DNA of 33,675 nucleotides from Cyanophora paradoxa CCMP329 (Eukaryota > Plantae > Glaucophyta): assembly GCA_004431415.1 (NCBI GenBank), contig QPMI01000703.1, forward strand, positions 1-33,675. The letters run 5' to 3'. The position numbers were made by a program, and so were the translations under genes. How positions within the stretch are numbered: the first letter of the stretch is position 1; the number at the start of each line of letters is the position of its first letter. The notes under the pieces are model-generated. The model saw only the letters and a program-made list of their open reading frames with translations, searched no databases and had not been told where the DNA came from. This document shows positions 9,223-19,824 of this stretch, piece by piece.

Positions 9223-9833
9223 GGGGGTACAGCATTCAGTTAGAGCCTGAGCGTAGTCAGAGGCCGGGAGGCCCCCCGGGGGGTACGTCGGCTGTTACTC
9301 CCCGCGTCGGTTAGTGCTAGCCCCCCTGTTAGTGCAGCGTGTACCTGATCGCAATATAACACCCAAACCTCCGTGACGCGTGACTCATCGAACCTCCGAG
9401 GGTTAACAATGCATTGACAGCGAAGGGGCAAGCTCGAGAGCTCGACCTTTGGCAAGAGCCCACTTATATATATATATATTGATCCTGGGACCCGGGATCC
9501 AGGCTTAATTATAAGGCATAAGAAGCTTATGCTCATGATCACTAAGTCAACGACCGGCTTGAACTCCCGAGGCTCGGAACTTGGCCCCCCGGGGCCTGCT
9601 ACTCAGGCCTGCAGGGCCTCGAAGTCTCGCAAGCGGACTCGTGGTATCGACTGCACGACCCGGCGACTTCTCGCCCGACTTCGCGGCCAAGGCCTGCCCT
9701 ATAGAGTACAGGGGTTTCGCCGCTGCAGGGGACCCTCCATGCCAGCCCGGCCGCCCAAGGAAGCGAACGCCGGTTCGGCGTTGGCATGGACGGCTCCGCG
9801 AGCCGCCCGGCGACAGCGAGCGAGCGAGGGGGA

Positions 9834-12800
9834 CTAGAAGGGCCGCCCCCCGAAGCCGCCCCCGCGCCCGAAGAACTGGTTGAAGAACTCCGGGGGGAAG
9901 CCGCCGCCGCCGCCCCCGCCGCCGCCGCCGAAGCCGCCCATCCCGTCGTCCGCCGGCCCGTTGGTCAGCTGCCGCCGGCCTCAGGGAAGAGAGAAGCGGG
10001 AGCAAGCGGGACGGGGGATGAAGCGGGTGGGGGTGGGGGGGGTGGGGGGTGGGGGGTGGGGGGGGTACCTCCTCGTAGGCGGCGGTGATCTTCTTGAAGG
10101 CCTCGTCCGCCCCGGCACCGCGCACTTGTCTGCCCCGCCCCACAGCCGCCCCTCAGAGGCGCACGGGCGCGCGGGGCGGGGCGGGCGGGCGGGGCGCACC
10201 GGGGTGGAACTTGCGGGCCTGCATGTAGTACGCCTTCTTCACCTCGCTCTCCGACGCCGAGCGCTCCAGACCGAGCGTCTGCGCGGCCGCCGTGAGGGGC
10301 GGGCGGCGGGGCGGGCGGGGTGCGGGTGCGCGCCTCGTGGGGCCCCCGCGGGCCTTGACGACGCGCTTGATCTCCGCGAACGTCGCCCGGTCCTCCGGCG
10401 CGATCTTCGACTCGTCGATGTGCGCCAGCGCTGCCGCAGCCTCAGCCCCGCGCCTGGCCCCGGCGCGGCGCGAGGGGCGGCGCGCACGGCAGACGGGCTT
10501 GGCGGCGGGCGGGGGCGCCCCCAGCCTCCCCGAAGCCGCCCCCGAAGCCGCCGAAGGGGTCGTCGCCGTAGCCGTAGCCGCGGCGCTGCTGCTGCTGGCG
10601 GCGGGCGCGCTCCTGCTCGGCGCGGCGGCGGCGGGCGGCCTCCTGCTCGGCGCGGGCGCGGGCGCGGGCCTCGAGGACGGAGACCTCGCGCTCGACGGCC
10701 GCCTTGAGCACCTCCACGTCCCCGAGGCGCCCCTCGAGCCGCAGCAGCACCGCCGCCGCCGTCCGCTGCTGCACCGACACCGCGAGCCGCAGCCCCCCGG
10801 CCCGCACGCGGGCATCGATGAAGGCGGCGAGCTCCGAGTCGTAGAGCTCTGCGGAGAGGCGGAGGGTCTCGTAGACGAGCTTGGCGCGGCGGGCCGCCTC
10901 GGCCTCCACCGCGGGGAGGTGCTCCTCGAAGAACGCCTCCAGCCCGCTCGCCACCCGCCCTGCACGTTGCTCTGCGCCCTGCGCGTCGGCCCCCGGCGAC
11001 AGGCGCGCGGCGGGGCGGGGCGGGGCGGGGGGGCGGGGGGGCGGGGGGGCGGACGCGGAAGACGACGGCGATGTCGGTGCCGTCCTGCTCGCGGGCGACG
11101 GAGACGTGCGACTGGAACCACGGGCGGCTGCTCTGCCGCTGCGCCTCGCCGGCGAGGGCGGAGAGGGGGCGGATCTTGCCCTGCGCGGCGAGGTCCCGCA
11201 GCGCCTCGTCCTGCTCCTCGCTGAGCTCCACGCGCGCCTCCAGCAGCTGGCCCGTCGAGTTCGGCGCCTCGTCGAAGCCCCACTGCAGCGTCGCCGCCCG
11301 CACCGCCGCCGCCGCCCGCGAGAGGGCGCGCTCGAGGCGGCGGGGCGCGCCGTCGCGGCCGCGGGCGGAGACGAGGAGGCGGGCGATGGAGCGCCAGGCG
11401 GCCTCCACGTCGTCGCGGTCCGTGTCCGCCTGCACCTCGAGCACCTCGTGGGCCGTCCCCGCGTTCAGGATGCGGTGCACCTCCCCCTCCAGCGTCCCCG
11501 CCTTCAGCCGCCCCAGCGCCGCCTTCACCTCCGCCGCCGCCCGCTCCCCCACGAGGCGCGCCCCCGCGCGGACGACGAGGTAGTGGGCGATGGAGCGGGG
11601 CTCGTCGCGGGCGAAGGGGGCGCGGGGGGCCTTCGGCTGCGAGCGCTCCCGCTCGACGCGGATCTGGACACCGGCGTGGCGCGCCGCGACCTCCTCCGCC
11701 AGGCCCTCCTGCTCCACGTACGCCGCCTGGCCCCCAGTCAGAGCGCGCCCCAGAAGAGAGGCGGGGGGAGGGACCTCCTTGGCGAAGATGGGGAGGCGCG
11801 CCTCGTGGGGGCGCGCGAGGGCGTCGGCGTGGGCCGCGACGGCGTCGCTGAGGCGCTGGAGGTCGGAGAGGGGCAGGCCCCGGCCCCGCAGCAGCAGCTC
11901 CCCGCCCTCCACCACCACCTCCACGCGCTCCCGCCCCGCCGGCCCCGGCCCCCGGCCCCTGGCCCCGCCCCGCCGCCCCGCCCCTGCTGCCGCCGCCACC
12001 CGCGCCCTCGCTATCGTCGTCGCTGTCCGACTCCTCCTCCTCGTCGCTCTCCTGCTCGTCGCTCTCGTCGCGCCAGGCGGGGCGGGCGGGGGCGGGGGCG
12101 GGGCCGGCCCAGCCGGGGAGGCTCCCGGCGCGCAGGTCGGCCTGGATGCGCTCGGCGAGGTCGGCGGCGAGGAGCGCGGGGAGCGCCACCCGCCGCTCCT
12201 GCAGCGACGCGAAGAGCGCCTCCAGCTCCCCCCGCGCCCCCGCCACCGCCTCCTCCGTCTCCCCGAAGACGCGCACCTCCAGCGGGGCGCCCGAGCGCGG
12301 GTCGACGTGCACCGCGTGCGCCTCCTCGATGCGCTGCACCTCGTCGTCGTGCGGCCCGAAGCCGCCCAGGAACTTGCAGAGGTCGGGCGCGAACTGCGCC
12401 GCCGCGATCCTCGCGCTGACCGGCCCCAGAGGCTCCTCCGGCTCCTCCGCAGGCGCCGCCGGCGCGCTCGGCGAGCTCGCCGTGAACTCGAACGACAGGC
12501 CGGCGAGCTTCTCCGCCACGCCGTCTACGGCCCCGTAGGCCTGGGCGATCGAGACGAGCCCATCCACGTCCGGCGGGGCCGCCTTCCACGCCGCGGCCGC
12601 TTCGGGCACAGCGTGGCCGCTCGTCCCGTTAGATCTCCGCGCCGCATTGCGCTTCCGCCTCGCCCGCTTGGCAGCGCGCGTTGAGGGCGGCTTCGGGACT
12701 TGCTGGTCGCCCTCCTCCTCGGTGAGCGCTTCCGGGGTGCTCAGTTCGAGCTGCGAGGGCGTAGTTGGAGGAATGATGAGAGGGCGAGCACGAGGGACGC

Positions 12801-12948
12801 GCACGATGTCTTCAATGTCGGGCACCTCCAACTCGTCGTGTTTGGGCGGGGGCGCGGCCGATCCGGAGGACGTGGGCGGTGCGGCTGGCGGCGCTGCGGG
12901 CACCGAGGCCTTCGCGGGCTTGCCCGCGTCGAAGAAGCCCTTCTTCAT
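9834..12948 (-). CDS. J-domain (DnaJ/Hsp40-type) protein with a KH-like region, a degenerate internal J-like segment, a C-terminal J domain and a G/F-rich tail (copy A)
   Basis: MKKGFFDAG start; FLGGFG...LEVRVFGETEEAVAGARGELEALF (KH-like); AHEVLEVQADTDRDDVEAAWRSIARLL; TLGLERSASESEVKKAYYMQARKFHP|DKCAVPGADEAFKKITAAYEE (HPD motif split by an intron); GGFPPEFFNQFFGRGGGFGGRPF-TAG. Confidence 0.85.
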
Positions 12949-12993
12949 CCGTGAGTTCTACACCTGTACCCCACTCAACCTGCACACAAAAAA

Positions 12994-14170
12994 ATGGAAC
13001 GCTCCCTCCTCCGCCTCGCCGCGCTCCTTGCAGTCGCGGCGGCGGCATTCGCGTCCCGGAGCGCTAGCGGTGCGATCGCGCAAAGCGAGCTCGCCGCCGC
13101 GAGTAACTGCCGAGTGCGCAGGAGCTGGAATTGGTCGCGCGCTACAGAGCTCGTGGTCGCCGCTCGACAACCCCGCAACGCTCCAGTGAACAATTGCCCT
13201 GTCACCTTGATAGCTCCGCAGCTCCCGACGCGCGCGGACCGCGAATCTCGAGTTTGAATTCTGAGCCGCAAATTCGCGCGCCTCTCGGCAAGCGCAGGAG
13301 CTACCTCGGCGGGCCGGTGGAGTTCGCCTTCGACAAGCTGCCTCTCCTCGGCCGCAGCGCCGCGACGCCCTGGCCGTGCGCCGCAGCCGCGGCCGTCGCG
13401 CCGGCGGCTCACGGCGCGCGGTGTCTCGGGGCGCGGGCGCGCGCGTAGGGGCCCGTACTGGCCGACGTACCTGGACGCGATCAACTACCGCGTGGACGGC
13501 CCGAACACCCCCAACGCCGTCGAGAAGGCGCGCCCGCCCCGCCGCCGCAAGCCGGGCGGGAGGGCGAGGGGGCGGGGCAGTACGCGCGGGCGTTCGGGCT
13601 GGACGCGGAGCGGCTGCAGCGGACGGTCTCGCGGACGTGGGGCCTGGACTCGCTGCGGGGCCGGCGCCCCGCCTGCCGCGCCTCCCCGGACTGCCCGGGC
13701 TCCTCCGTCTGCTCCGAGGGCGTCTGCGTCTACACCTGGGAGGCGCCCCGCCCGCCCCGCTCTCGTGCTCTTCGCTGAGGCGGGGGCAGGGCCTGTGCCA
13801 CGCGTGGGCGCCGGCGGCGCTGCTGCTGCCGGAGCCGAGCGGGCCGGTGCTGGTGAACGGGGTGGAGTTCACGCCCCTCGACCTCAAGGCCCTCGCCACC
13901 GGGCCTCGAAGTCTCGCAAGCGGACTCGTGGTATCGACTGCACGACCCGGCGACTTCTCGCCCGACTTCGCGGCCAAGGCCTGCCCTATAGAGTACAGGG
14001 GTTTCGCCGCTGCAGGGGACCCTCCATGCCAGCCCGGCCGCCCAAGGAAGCGAACGCCGGTTCGGCGTTGGCATGGACGGCTCCGCGAGCCGCCCGGCGA
14101 CAGCGAGCGAGCGAGGGGGACTAGAAGGGCCGCCCCCCGAAGCCGCCCCCGCGCCCGAAGAACTGGTTGA
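12994..14170 (+). pseudogene. Truncated, chimeric copy of the transglutaminase gene created by the duplication
   Basis: Matches 17286-18192 up to ...PLDLKALAT (13900), then reads into unrelated sequence (GPRSLASG...RRTG*). It lacks the VWNQPV half. Confidence 0.8.
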
Positions 14171-17100
14171 AGAACTCCGGGGGGAAGCCGCCGCCGCCGC
14201 CCCCGCCGCCGCCGCCGAAGCCGCCCATCCCGTCGTCCGCCGGCCCGTTGGTCAGCTGCCGCCGGCCTCAGGGAAGAGAGAAGCGGGAGCAAGCGGGACG
14301 GGGGATGAAGCGGGTGGGGGGTGGGGGGGGGGGGGGGGGGGGTGGGGGGGGGTACCTCCTCGTAGGCGGCGGTGATCTTCTTGAAGGCCTCGTCCGCCCC
14401 CGGCACCGCGCACTTGTCTGCCCCGCCCCACAGCCGCCCCCTCAGAGGCGCACGGGCGCGCGGGGCGGGGGCGGGGCGGGCGGGGCGCACCGGGGTGGAA
14501 CTTGCGGGCCTGCATGTAGTACGCCTTCTTCACCTCGCTCTCCGACGCCGAGCGCTCCAGACCGAGCGTCTGCGCGGCCGCCGTGAGGGGCGGGCGGCGG
14601 GGCGGGCGGGGTGCGGGTGCGCGCCTCGTGGGGCCCCCCGCGGGCCTTGACGACGCGCTTGATCTCCGCGAACGTCGCCCGGTCCTCCGGCGCGATCTTC
14701 GACTCGTCGATGTGCGCCAGCGCTGCCGCAGCCTCAGCCCCGCGCCTGGCCCGGCGCGGCGCGAGGGGCGGCGCGCACGGCAGACGGGCTTGGCGGCGGG
14801 CGGGGCGCCCCCAGCCTCCCCGAAGCCGCCCCGAAGCCGCCGAAGGGGTCGTCGCCGTAGCCGTAGCCGCGGCGCTGCTGCTGCTGGCGGCGGGCGCGCT
14901 CCTGCTCGGCGCGGCGGCGGCGGGCGGCCTCCTGCTCGGCGCGGGCGCGGGCGCGGGCCTCGAGGACGGAGACCTCGCGCTCGACGGCCGCCTTGAGCAC
15001 CTCCACGTCCCCGAGGCGCCCCTCGAGCCGCAGCAGCACCGCCGCCGCCGTCCGCTGCTGCACCGACACCGCGAGCCGCAGCCCCCCGGCCCGCACGCGG
15101 GCATCGATGAAGGCGGCGAGCTCCGAGTCGTAGAGCTCTGCGGAGAGGCGGAGGGTCTCGTAGACGAGCTTGGCGCGGCGGGCCGCCTCGGCCTCCACCG
15201 CGGGGAGGTGCTCCTCGAAGAACGCCTCCAGCCCGCTCGCCACCCCGCCCTGCACGTTGCTCTGCGCCCCTGCGCGTCGGCCCCCGGCGACAGGCGCGCG
15301 GCGGGGCGGGGCGGGGCGGGGGGGGCGGGGGGGGCGGGGGGGGCGGACGCGGAAGACGACGGCGATGTCGGTGCCGTCCTGCTCGCGGGCGACGGAGACG
15401 TGCGACTGGAACCACGGGCGGCTGCTCTGCCGCTGCGCCTCGCCGGCGAGGGCGGAGAGGGGGCGGATCTTGCCCTGCGCGGCGAGGTCCCGCAGCGCCT
15501 CGTCCTGCTCCTCGCTGAGCTCCACGCGCGCCTCCAGCAGCTGGCCCGTCGAGTTCGGCGCCTCGTCGAAGCCCCACTGCAGCGTCGCCGCCCGCACCGC
15601 CGCCGCCGCCCGCGAGAGGGCGCGCTCGAGGCGGCGGGGCGCGCCGTCGCGGCCGCGGGCGGAGACGAGGAGGCGGGCGATGGAGCGCCAGGCGGCCTCC
15701 ACGTCGTCGCGGTCCGTGTCCGCCTGCACCTCGAGCACCTCGTGGGCCGTCCCCGCGTTCAGGATGCGGTGCACCTCCCCCTCCAGCGTCCCCGCCTTCA
15801 GCCGCCCCAGCGCCGCCTTCACCTCCGCCGCCGCCCGCTCCCCACGAGGCGCGCCCCCGCGCGGACGACGAGGTAGTGGGCGATGGAGCGGGGCTCGTCG
15901 CGGGCGAAGGGGGCGCGGGGGCCTTCGGCTGCGAGCGCTCCCGCTCGACGCGGATCTGGACACCGGCGTGGCGCGCCGCGACCTCCTCCGCCAGGCCCTC
16001 CTGCTCCACGTACGCCGCCTGGCCCCCAGTCAGAGCGCGCCCCAGAAGAGAGGCGGGGGGAGGGACCTCCTTGGCGAAGATGGGGAGGCGCGCCTCGTGG
16101 GGGCGCGCGAGGGCGTCGGCGTGGGCCGCGACGGCGTCGCTGAGGCGCTGGAGGTCGGAGAGGGGCAGGCCCCGGCCCCGCAGCAGCAGCTCCCCGCCCT
16201 CCACCACCACCTCCACGCGCTCCCGCCCCGCCGGCCCCGGCCCCCGGCCCCTGGCCCCGCCCCGCCGCCCGCCCCTGCTGCCGCCGCCACCCGCGCCCCT
16301 CGCTATCGTCGTCGCTGTCCGACTCCTCCTCCTCGTCGCTCTCCTGCTCGTCGCTCTCGTCGCGCCAGGCGGGGCGGGCGGGGGCGGGGGCGGGGCCGGC
16401 CCAGCCGGGGAGGCTCCCGGCGCGCAGGTCGGCCTGGATGCGCTCGGCGAGGTCGGCGGCGAGGAGCGCGGGGAGCGCCACCCGCCGCTCCTGCAGCGAC
16501 GCGAAGAGCGCCTCCAGCTCCCCCCGCGCCCCCGCCACCGCCTCCTCCGTCTCCCCGAAGACGCGCACCTCCAGCGGGGCGCCCGAGCGCGGGTCGACGT
16601 GCACCGCGTGCGCCTCCTCGATGCGCTGCACCTCGTCGTCGTGCGGCCCGAAGCCGCCCAGGAACTTGCAGAGGTCGGGCGCGAACTGCGCCGCCGCGAT
16701 CCTCGCGCTGACCGGCCCCAGAGGCTCCTCCGGCTCCTCCGCAGGCGCCGCCGGCGCGCTCGGCGAGCTCGCCGTGAACTCGAACGACAGGCCGGCGAGC
16801 TTCTCCGCCACGCCGTCTACGGCCCCGTAGGCCTGGGCGATCGAGACGAGCCCATCCACGTCCGGCGGGGCCGCCTTCCACGCCGCGGCCGCTTCGGGCA
16901 CAGCGTGGCCGCTCGTCCCGTTAGATCTCCGCGCCGCATTGCGCTTCCGCCTCGCCCGCTTGGCAGCGCGCGTTGAGGGCGGCTTCGGGACTTGCTGGTC
17001 GCCCTCCTCCTCGGTGAGCGCTTCCGGGGTGCTCAGTTCGAGCTGCGAGGGCGTAGTTGGAGGAATGATGAGAGGGCGAGCACGAGGGACGCGCACGATG

Positions 17101-17240
17101 TCTTCAATGTCGGGCACCTCCAACTCGTCGTGTTTGGGCGGGGGCGCGGCCGATCCGGAGGACGTGGGCGGTGCGGCTGGCGGCGCTGCGGGCACCGAGG
17201 CCTTCGCGGGCTTGCCCGCGTCGAAGAAGCCCTTCTTCAT
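14121..17240 (-). CDS. J-domain / KH-like protein (copy B)
   Basis: Same sequence as copy A apart from homopolymer indels. ATG at 17240, TAG at 14121-14123. Confidence 0.85.
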
Positions 17241-17285
17241 CCGTGAGTTCTACACCTGTACCCCACTCAACCTGCACACAAAAAA

Positions 17286-19601
17286 ATGGAACGCTCCCTC
17301 CTCCGCCTCGCCGCGCTCCTTGCAGTCGCGGCGGCGGCATTCGCGTCCCGGAGCGCTAGCGGTGCGATCGCGCAAAGCGAGCTCGCCGCCGCGAGTAACT
17401 GCCGAGTGCGCAGGAGCTGGAATTGGTCGCGCGCTACAGAGCTCGTGGTCGCCGCTCGACAACCCCGCAACGCTCCAGTGAACAATTGCCCTGTCACCTT
17501 GATAGCTCCGCAGCTCCCGACGCGCGCGGACCGCGAATCTCGAGTTTGAATTCTGAGCCGCAAATTCGCGCGCCTCTCGGCAAGCGCAGGAGCTACCTCG
17601 GCGGGCCGGTGGAGTTCGCCTTCGACAAGCTGCCTCTCCTCGGCCGCAGCGCCGCGACGCCCTGGCCGTGCGCCGCAGCCGCGGCCGTCGCGCCGGCGGC
17701 TCACGGCGCGCGGTGTCTCGGGGCGCGGGCGCGCGCGTAGGGGCCCGTACTGGCCGACGTACCTGGACGCGATCAACTACCGCGTGGACGGCCCGAACAC
17801 CCCCAACGCCGTCGAGAAGGCGCGCCCGCCCCGCCGCCGCAAGCCGGGCGGGAGGGCGAGGGGGCGGGGCAGTACGCGCGGGCGTTCGGGCTGGACGCGG
17901 AGCGGCTGCAGCGGACGGTCTCGCGGACGTGGGGCCTGGACTCGCTGCGGGGCCGGCGCCCCGCCTGCCGCGCCTCCCCGGACTGCCCGGGCTCCTCCGT
18001 CTGCTCCGAGGGCGTCTGCGTCTACACCTGGGAGGCGCCCCGCCCGCCCCGCTCTCGTGCTCTTCGCTGAGGCGGGGGCAGGGCCTGTGCCACGCGTGGG
18101 CGCCGGCGGCGCTGCTGCTGCCGGAGCCGAGCGGGCCGGTGCTGGTGAACGGGGTGGAGTTCACGCCCCTCGACCTCAAGGCCCTCGCCACCGTCTTCTT
18201 CGCCGACACCCGCTTCGCCCGCGTCCCCTTCCTCTCCACGTCCGCCCCCGCCCCGCCCCGCCCCGGCGGCCGGACTGCAGCGCCGCGGCGCGGGCAGGCG
18301 CTGCAACACGGACTCCCGGAACATACGCCTGGACGCCGCCGGTGCCGCCCCGCCAGCCGCTGAGCCGCCCTCGCCCCGCGCCGGCTCGGGCCGAGGCTGC
18401 GGGGGCGCAGGGCGGCCGCTGGCGCCGCAGTGCGCGGACACGAACGCCGGCACGCTCGTCGTCGCCCTCGCCAACGCCCTCGGCCTGTGCGCCCCGCCCC
18501 TCGCCGCCGCCGCCCTCCCCCGCCCACGCGCCTCGCGCAGGTACCGCAAGGGCCTCATCCTCGACATCATCTTCGACGACGAGGCCCGCCGCCGCCCCCG
18601 CCAACGGCCCCGGCCCGCGGGGCCCGCGGGGCGAGGCGGGGCGGGGCGGGCGGGCAGGTGTGGAACCAGCCGGTGCTGGGGTACAACGTGACGCGGGCGG
18701 AGGCGATCTCGCGGGAGGCGGCGGCGGCGCTGCTCGCGGGGCCCGGGCGGCCGCCCCTCGACACCTTCGGGGCCGCCGCCTCCCTCCGATACATCGAACT
18801 CGTGCCCCGCCCCGCCCCCGCCCCGCCCCCGCCGCCGAGCGTCGCCGCAGGACGTCGACTACGTCTTCGAGGCGCCGGCCTCGCCCGCCGCCGCCGGGCC
18901 CCTCCTCCCCGCCCTCCGCGCCGGCGTCCGCTCCCCGCCCCTCCCCCTCTCTGCGAGCGGCCGGCGCGGGGCCCAGCGGGCCGGGGCGCGCAGGACTACG
19001 TGGAGACGCTGCGGCTCTTCATCGTGCTCGAGCTCGACGCCGCCGGCAAGGTCACCGGGGTGCGGCGCGCCGCCGCCTTGTCTCGCGCGGGGCGCGAGGG
19101 TGCTGCAGGGGAGTGGGTGGGGCCCTCGCAGTCCCGCCACCCCGACTTCATCTGGGCCGTCGACCGCCCGCCGGCCGTCCGCCCCCCGGCCCCCGCCCCG
19201 CCCCCGCCTCACCCCCGCCAGTCCCCGCGGTGCCGGCGGGGACGCTCCTCGCCGCCTACGAGCCCGGCAAGGGCATCGCCTGGCGCGAGGCCCGCCCGCC
19301 CCGCCCCGCCCGCCCCGCCCGGGCGCGGCGAGCCGTCTCTCACGCCGCCCCGCAGGTCGCCACCCTCCTCGCCCTCTCCGCCGGCGGGGCCCCGAGCCCC
19401 AGCCCCAGCCCCAGCCCCGCGCTCGCCGGCCCGCCTCCCGGGGCCCCCTCCGGGGCTCTCGCAGCCTCGCCCTCGCCCTCGCCCACCACCGGCCTCAGCG
19501 ACCCGGGGGACGAGAGCCGCACCCCCGTGCAGTCCTCCCTCAACTTCCCTGCCGCCAGCACCAGCCCCTCCGCCCCCTCGAGCCCGAATTCCTCCCCGTA
19601 G
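17286..19601 (+). CDS. Secreted transglutaminase of the Phytophthora GP42 / TGase-elicitor family with a Ser-Pro-rich tail; about 14 introns
   Basis: Signal peptide MERSLLRLAALLAVAAAAFA. Spliced motifs: WSPLDNP, PWPGPYWPTYLDAINYR, AVEKYARAFG, TWEGLCHAWAPAALL, VNGVEFTPLDLKAL, DTNAG, DDEVWNQPVLGYNVTR, LELDAAGKVTGGEW, HPDFIW. Tail is PSPSPSPSP...SSP*. Confidence 0.9.
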
Positions 19602-19824
19602 GTCCCCCAGGCGCCCCGTCCCCGATAGCGCACCGAACCGAACGAACCAAACCGGAAGCGCCGGCGAGCACGCGCGCGCCAGCGCTCGAACCGCGGAGGC
19701 TGCATAGCTGTAGCTCGCCCGCCTAGCTTCATGCAGACTGCACACTGTACTGCTCTCACTGTAGCCGCTGGACAGAAAGCGGAAGGGGTGAGGAGGGGGG
19801 GCGGGGGAGCGCTGCGGGGCGGCC

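Larger units (their letters stand above)
5262..9549 (+). mobile_element. Lower-GC, intron-poor island of probable mobile or viral origin carrying four co-oriented ORFs
   Basis: GC drops abruptly and the host-type GC-rich introns disappear. The island has internal repeat arrays and is bounded by TCATGATCACT(G/A)AGTCA at 5262-5278 and 9533-9549. No transposase, integrase or capsid was recognised. Confidence 0.55.
9614..18192. repeat. Head-to-tail tandem duplication: copy A 9614-13900, copy B 13901-18192
   Basis: Both copies start GGGCCTCGAAGTCTCGCAAG and end CTCAAGGCCCTCGCCACC. The differences I saw are small indels in G/C runs. Confidence 0.95.

Noticed and set aside
5290-9480. Terminal inverted repeats (TATATAT...GCCAAA...GAGCTC) defining a cut-and-paste transposon
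   Set aside because: The similarity is patchy and gapped, and no transposase is seen.
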